This document shows positions 49,201 to 64,000 of a DNA stretch of 64,000 nucleotides, one piece after another. The stretch covers positions 8,246,001 to 8,310,000 of the forward strand of contig NC_134028.1 in the NCBI RefSeq assembly GCF_964204645.1, written 5' to 3'. The notes beneath the pieces are model-generated. The model had not been told where the DNA came from, ran no database searches, and saw only the letters and a program-made list of their open reading frames with translations. Source of the DNA: Tubulanus polymorphus. Taxonomy: Eukaryota; Animalia; Nemertea. The stretch's first letter is position 1, and every line of letters begins with the position of its first letter. The position numbers and the translations under genes were made by a program.

Positions 49201-49966
49201 ATGAAATATTGGTTAATTACGCTCTCCGATTAATTAACGATTGTTTGAAGATTGCGAATGTAATTAGTCTCTGTGGAGCAAGTGTTGTTTCAGTGAAAGA
49301 AGAACTATTTCGTGACCTATATGATGGTGTATATATCGTAATGTGTGTATTATATTGCTAGCGTGTGTGTTTCTTGATTGGGACCAAAATTGAGGAAGGT
49401 TTGCTGTGAGAATTAACAAGAGGAATAAAGTTCAAAAGTGTACGACCACCACTGGATATATTTTACATTATGCGTGTATTGTCGGATGGTTGCGGTGTTG
49501 TTAACGAATATTATTAGATTGGCTTAATTTTTTTCATCTTCTTCTTCGAGAGGATTAATTCATTTCCAACACTTCCGACAAATGATTTCGATATCCGCCG
49601 GTAATTCGATGAACACCGTTTTGAATGCCTAACCTACCGTCTCAACGAAAAGATTGGCGATAAGTTCCTTCTCCGTTCGAATGACCACAGGTTGACAACC
49701 TCGACCTGTAGCTACGTCGTTGAAGTTGTCACTTGTGGCTGGTATATTAGCGTACGCTTTCGTGAAGTACTACAGAATATGCCGTCGTGACGTTAAGAAG
49801 AAAATAGGAACACATTTTCGTAAAATCCTCGAAAAACGAAAGGAGGCATCGTCGTTCCGATAATGTTCGTCGTGGCTAGGCGTCATATTTTGTTGGATAT
49901 TAATACGTCTAGAATATCGTATGACTGATAATCATCGCATGAGTAATGATATTATTGTGAAGAGAA

Positions 49967-61699
<11,733 letters not shown>

Positions 61700-64000
61700 T
61701 AAGACTTCATCTCGAAACCGTAGAAAAGAAAGAGGGGACCAGTCGCGCGGAAAATTGGTTTTAAGTTCTGCAGATCTACCAGATCTACGGACTCGAATCT
61801 TGTAGTTGCCTAGAGAACTCGGACCAATTTTGGTGATCGTAGTTTCTTTTCTTATGGTGCGAGCATCAGGAACCGGTTACCGGCAGATATCAGATTAGTT
61901 GATGGTATCGTCTCATTTAATGTAACAATGTAATCAATGTCCATGACTTCGAAATTCCATACAGAAATCAACATCTTCCTGTTTGAAATTTTCGAGTATT
62001 TTGAGTATGAACGCAACAACTGAGGGTTCACTTATATCTTAGTGAGGCTTGATGAATATCAGTGGCAAAAGGTCAGAATTTCGGTGGCCCACCTTGGCAA
62101 ATCATGTATCGTATTAAAGCCTTGACTATTGACAACAAAATCACAACTTGTAATACATGAAAATCAACTGGAAATGAGCCCTTCTGTACGGTGATAAATT
62201 TGTATTATCCCGTGAATTTCCGATGAGTAATAGACACCACCACGTAGTGAAAATAGATTCCCCTAGTGCTAATAGGTTAATTGTCCGCTTAACCCAACTG
62301 CCTGCAACTGGTCCCTACTCGCTAGGCTTCACTAAACGGCACGTAATTTTTATCGTGCGTAATAAATATTACGCAACACAAATTGATTTCATGCGCGAAG
62401 CGGCATTCAGTCGGCTATTTAAAGAAGAAAGGAAAAAAAATGGGATTAACAAATCCACTACATTCGCTGATTAGTATTCCGCTTATTAATAGTTGCGAAA
62501 CCCAAAATGTCATCGTAATGATTTTCCGACCCGACGACGACGACGAAGAGTCGCCGCGGCTCCGTACCGATATCGCGCAAAGTCTCCGCCGTTTTCTTCT
62601 CGGTTTTCCTACGGTAACCATGGTAACGACGAAAGCATTAATCATTGCGCGGAGGTCAACGTTGTATTTCTTCTCGCTTATGGCGGCGATTCCATTATTC
62701 CTTAATACCCAATTAGAGCCCGCGAGAAAATTAGTAGGTATGACTTTTCGCTATATAGGCCAGTGACCGCGGCCATATTATTGGCCTACCCGGGGCTGGT
62801 TTTGTGGAAACGTCGGCAGCGGGGTCCGTCGGGTAGAAATGGTGGACCTTTTCGGCGCCGTTGTCATAACGAAGATACAAGCCGCGTTCGCACGAAATTT
62901 CGGCAAGGTGGCTACTTAACCTGAAATTCGCGGAAAAGCCGAGGAAGTCTCTTTTCTGCGAAAAAAGTCTGGGAATTTTGTATGAAGTCTAAATTTCGGA
63001 GGGGGGATTTGTCGAGATATCTAGATTGCGCGTTAAGTCAAACGGTTTACGTCGGTGTCTTACATTGTTCGACTGTGTTAATTGATTGGATTCTAGACAG
63101 CTAGAGTCAAACGTCGTGCATACCAGGGAAAAGGCAAGTCAGATAAAAGTAGCCACCCTGTCTGGGCGTACCGCGCCCGAATTCGGCAGGATAGGAACCC
63201 GTTGCATTCGCACGTACGTGATGCGGTGAGCACTTGGTATGCCCATTTATGCTGATATGTTTTCAAGATGATGTTTTCGTTGCTATATTCATTTTCTTGT
63301 ATTTTCAATTTAACTCCTCAATCCGCTGTCCCGTCCTTCTAAGGGTAGTTGGAATTAATTTGCCAATTCGGCGTTTCCTAACCTGTACTAGTAGTTCCTT
63401 GCAAATGTCAGTGAAACAGGTTTTTCACCCTAAATTGATATAAGTGAGCGCCAATTCATGTGATTACAACTGCCTATATATATATACACATATCTTCGTT
63501 CTTTATAGTGGCTTCTTGCATATTTCGAAAAAGAATTTGAAAAATTTGATGCACATGATCAGGCCTGTGCCAAGCGGCAGTGGCAGTTCTATTATTTCAA
63601 GAAATAATGGTACTTTTTCACCATGAAAAGGGGCATTTTCTTATTGAAAAAGGGCAGATTTTAAATATGAATTGCCCGGGTACCTGAATAAATCACTTGA
63701 GAATGGACTACTTTTTCATTTTCCAAAAAAAGCCATGAAAATTGTATCCGAATTTTAAAAAATTTTGACCAAAATATTCTGACACTGACTTCTAGAAGGG
63801 CATTTAGAAAGAAAATTTTAGGGGGTACGCTCATTACCCCCGAACTACCCCTCGGCACGGGCCTGGTGATCCCCCTGGTTGAGTTTAATGTATGTGGCTT
63901 GCTAAGCGCCGAATCTCTATTTCAAGCAAGTTTAGATGGATTGAAATAATTTTTTTTGAAAAAATGAAAAAGCGAGTTGTCGAAAGCAAGCAACTGATCA

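Overview
AT-rich eukaryotic genomic DNA with spliceosomal introns. It is probably from a marine invertebrate: a GRL101-type receptor, MITE-rich introns and U12 introns suggest a lophotrochozoan, but this is inference. Left half (1-36 kb): a minus-strand tandem array of seven SLC22 (organic ion transporter) copies, labelled A-G. C, D and G look intact (8 coding exons, ~540 aa). B carries one nonsense codon, E and F are decayed fragments, and A runs off the window edge. Inside the array are a rhodopsin-type peptide-GPCR pseudogene, a piggyBac remnant, and a plus-strand 3-exon ~1943-aa GRL101/LGR-like receptor (CUB, C-type lectin, LDLa, LRR, 7TM). Right half: a complete 9-exon ZNF207/BuGZ gene and the first four coding exons of PTEN. 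Intron 1 of both genes is a minor-spliceosome (U12-type) intron. Between them lies an apparently non-coding, possibly spliced segment with a duplicated hairpin showing a compensatory base change, a CTCF-like site and a possible decayed secreted-protein gene. Many MITE families, a tRNA-derived SINE and microsatellites fill the introns. All calls were read by eye; no database searches or folding programs were run.
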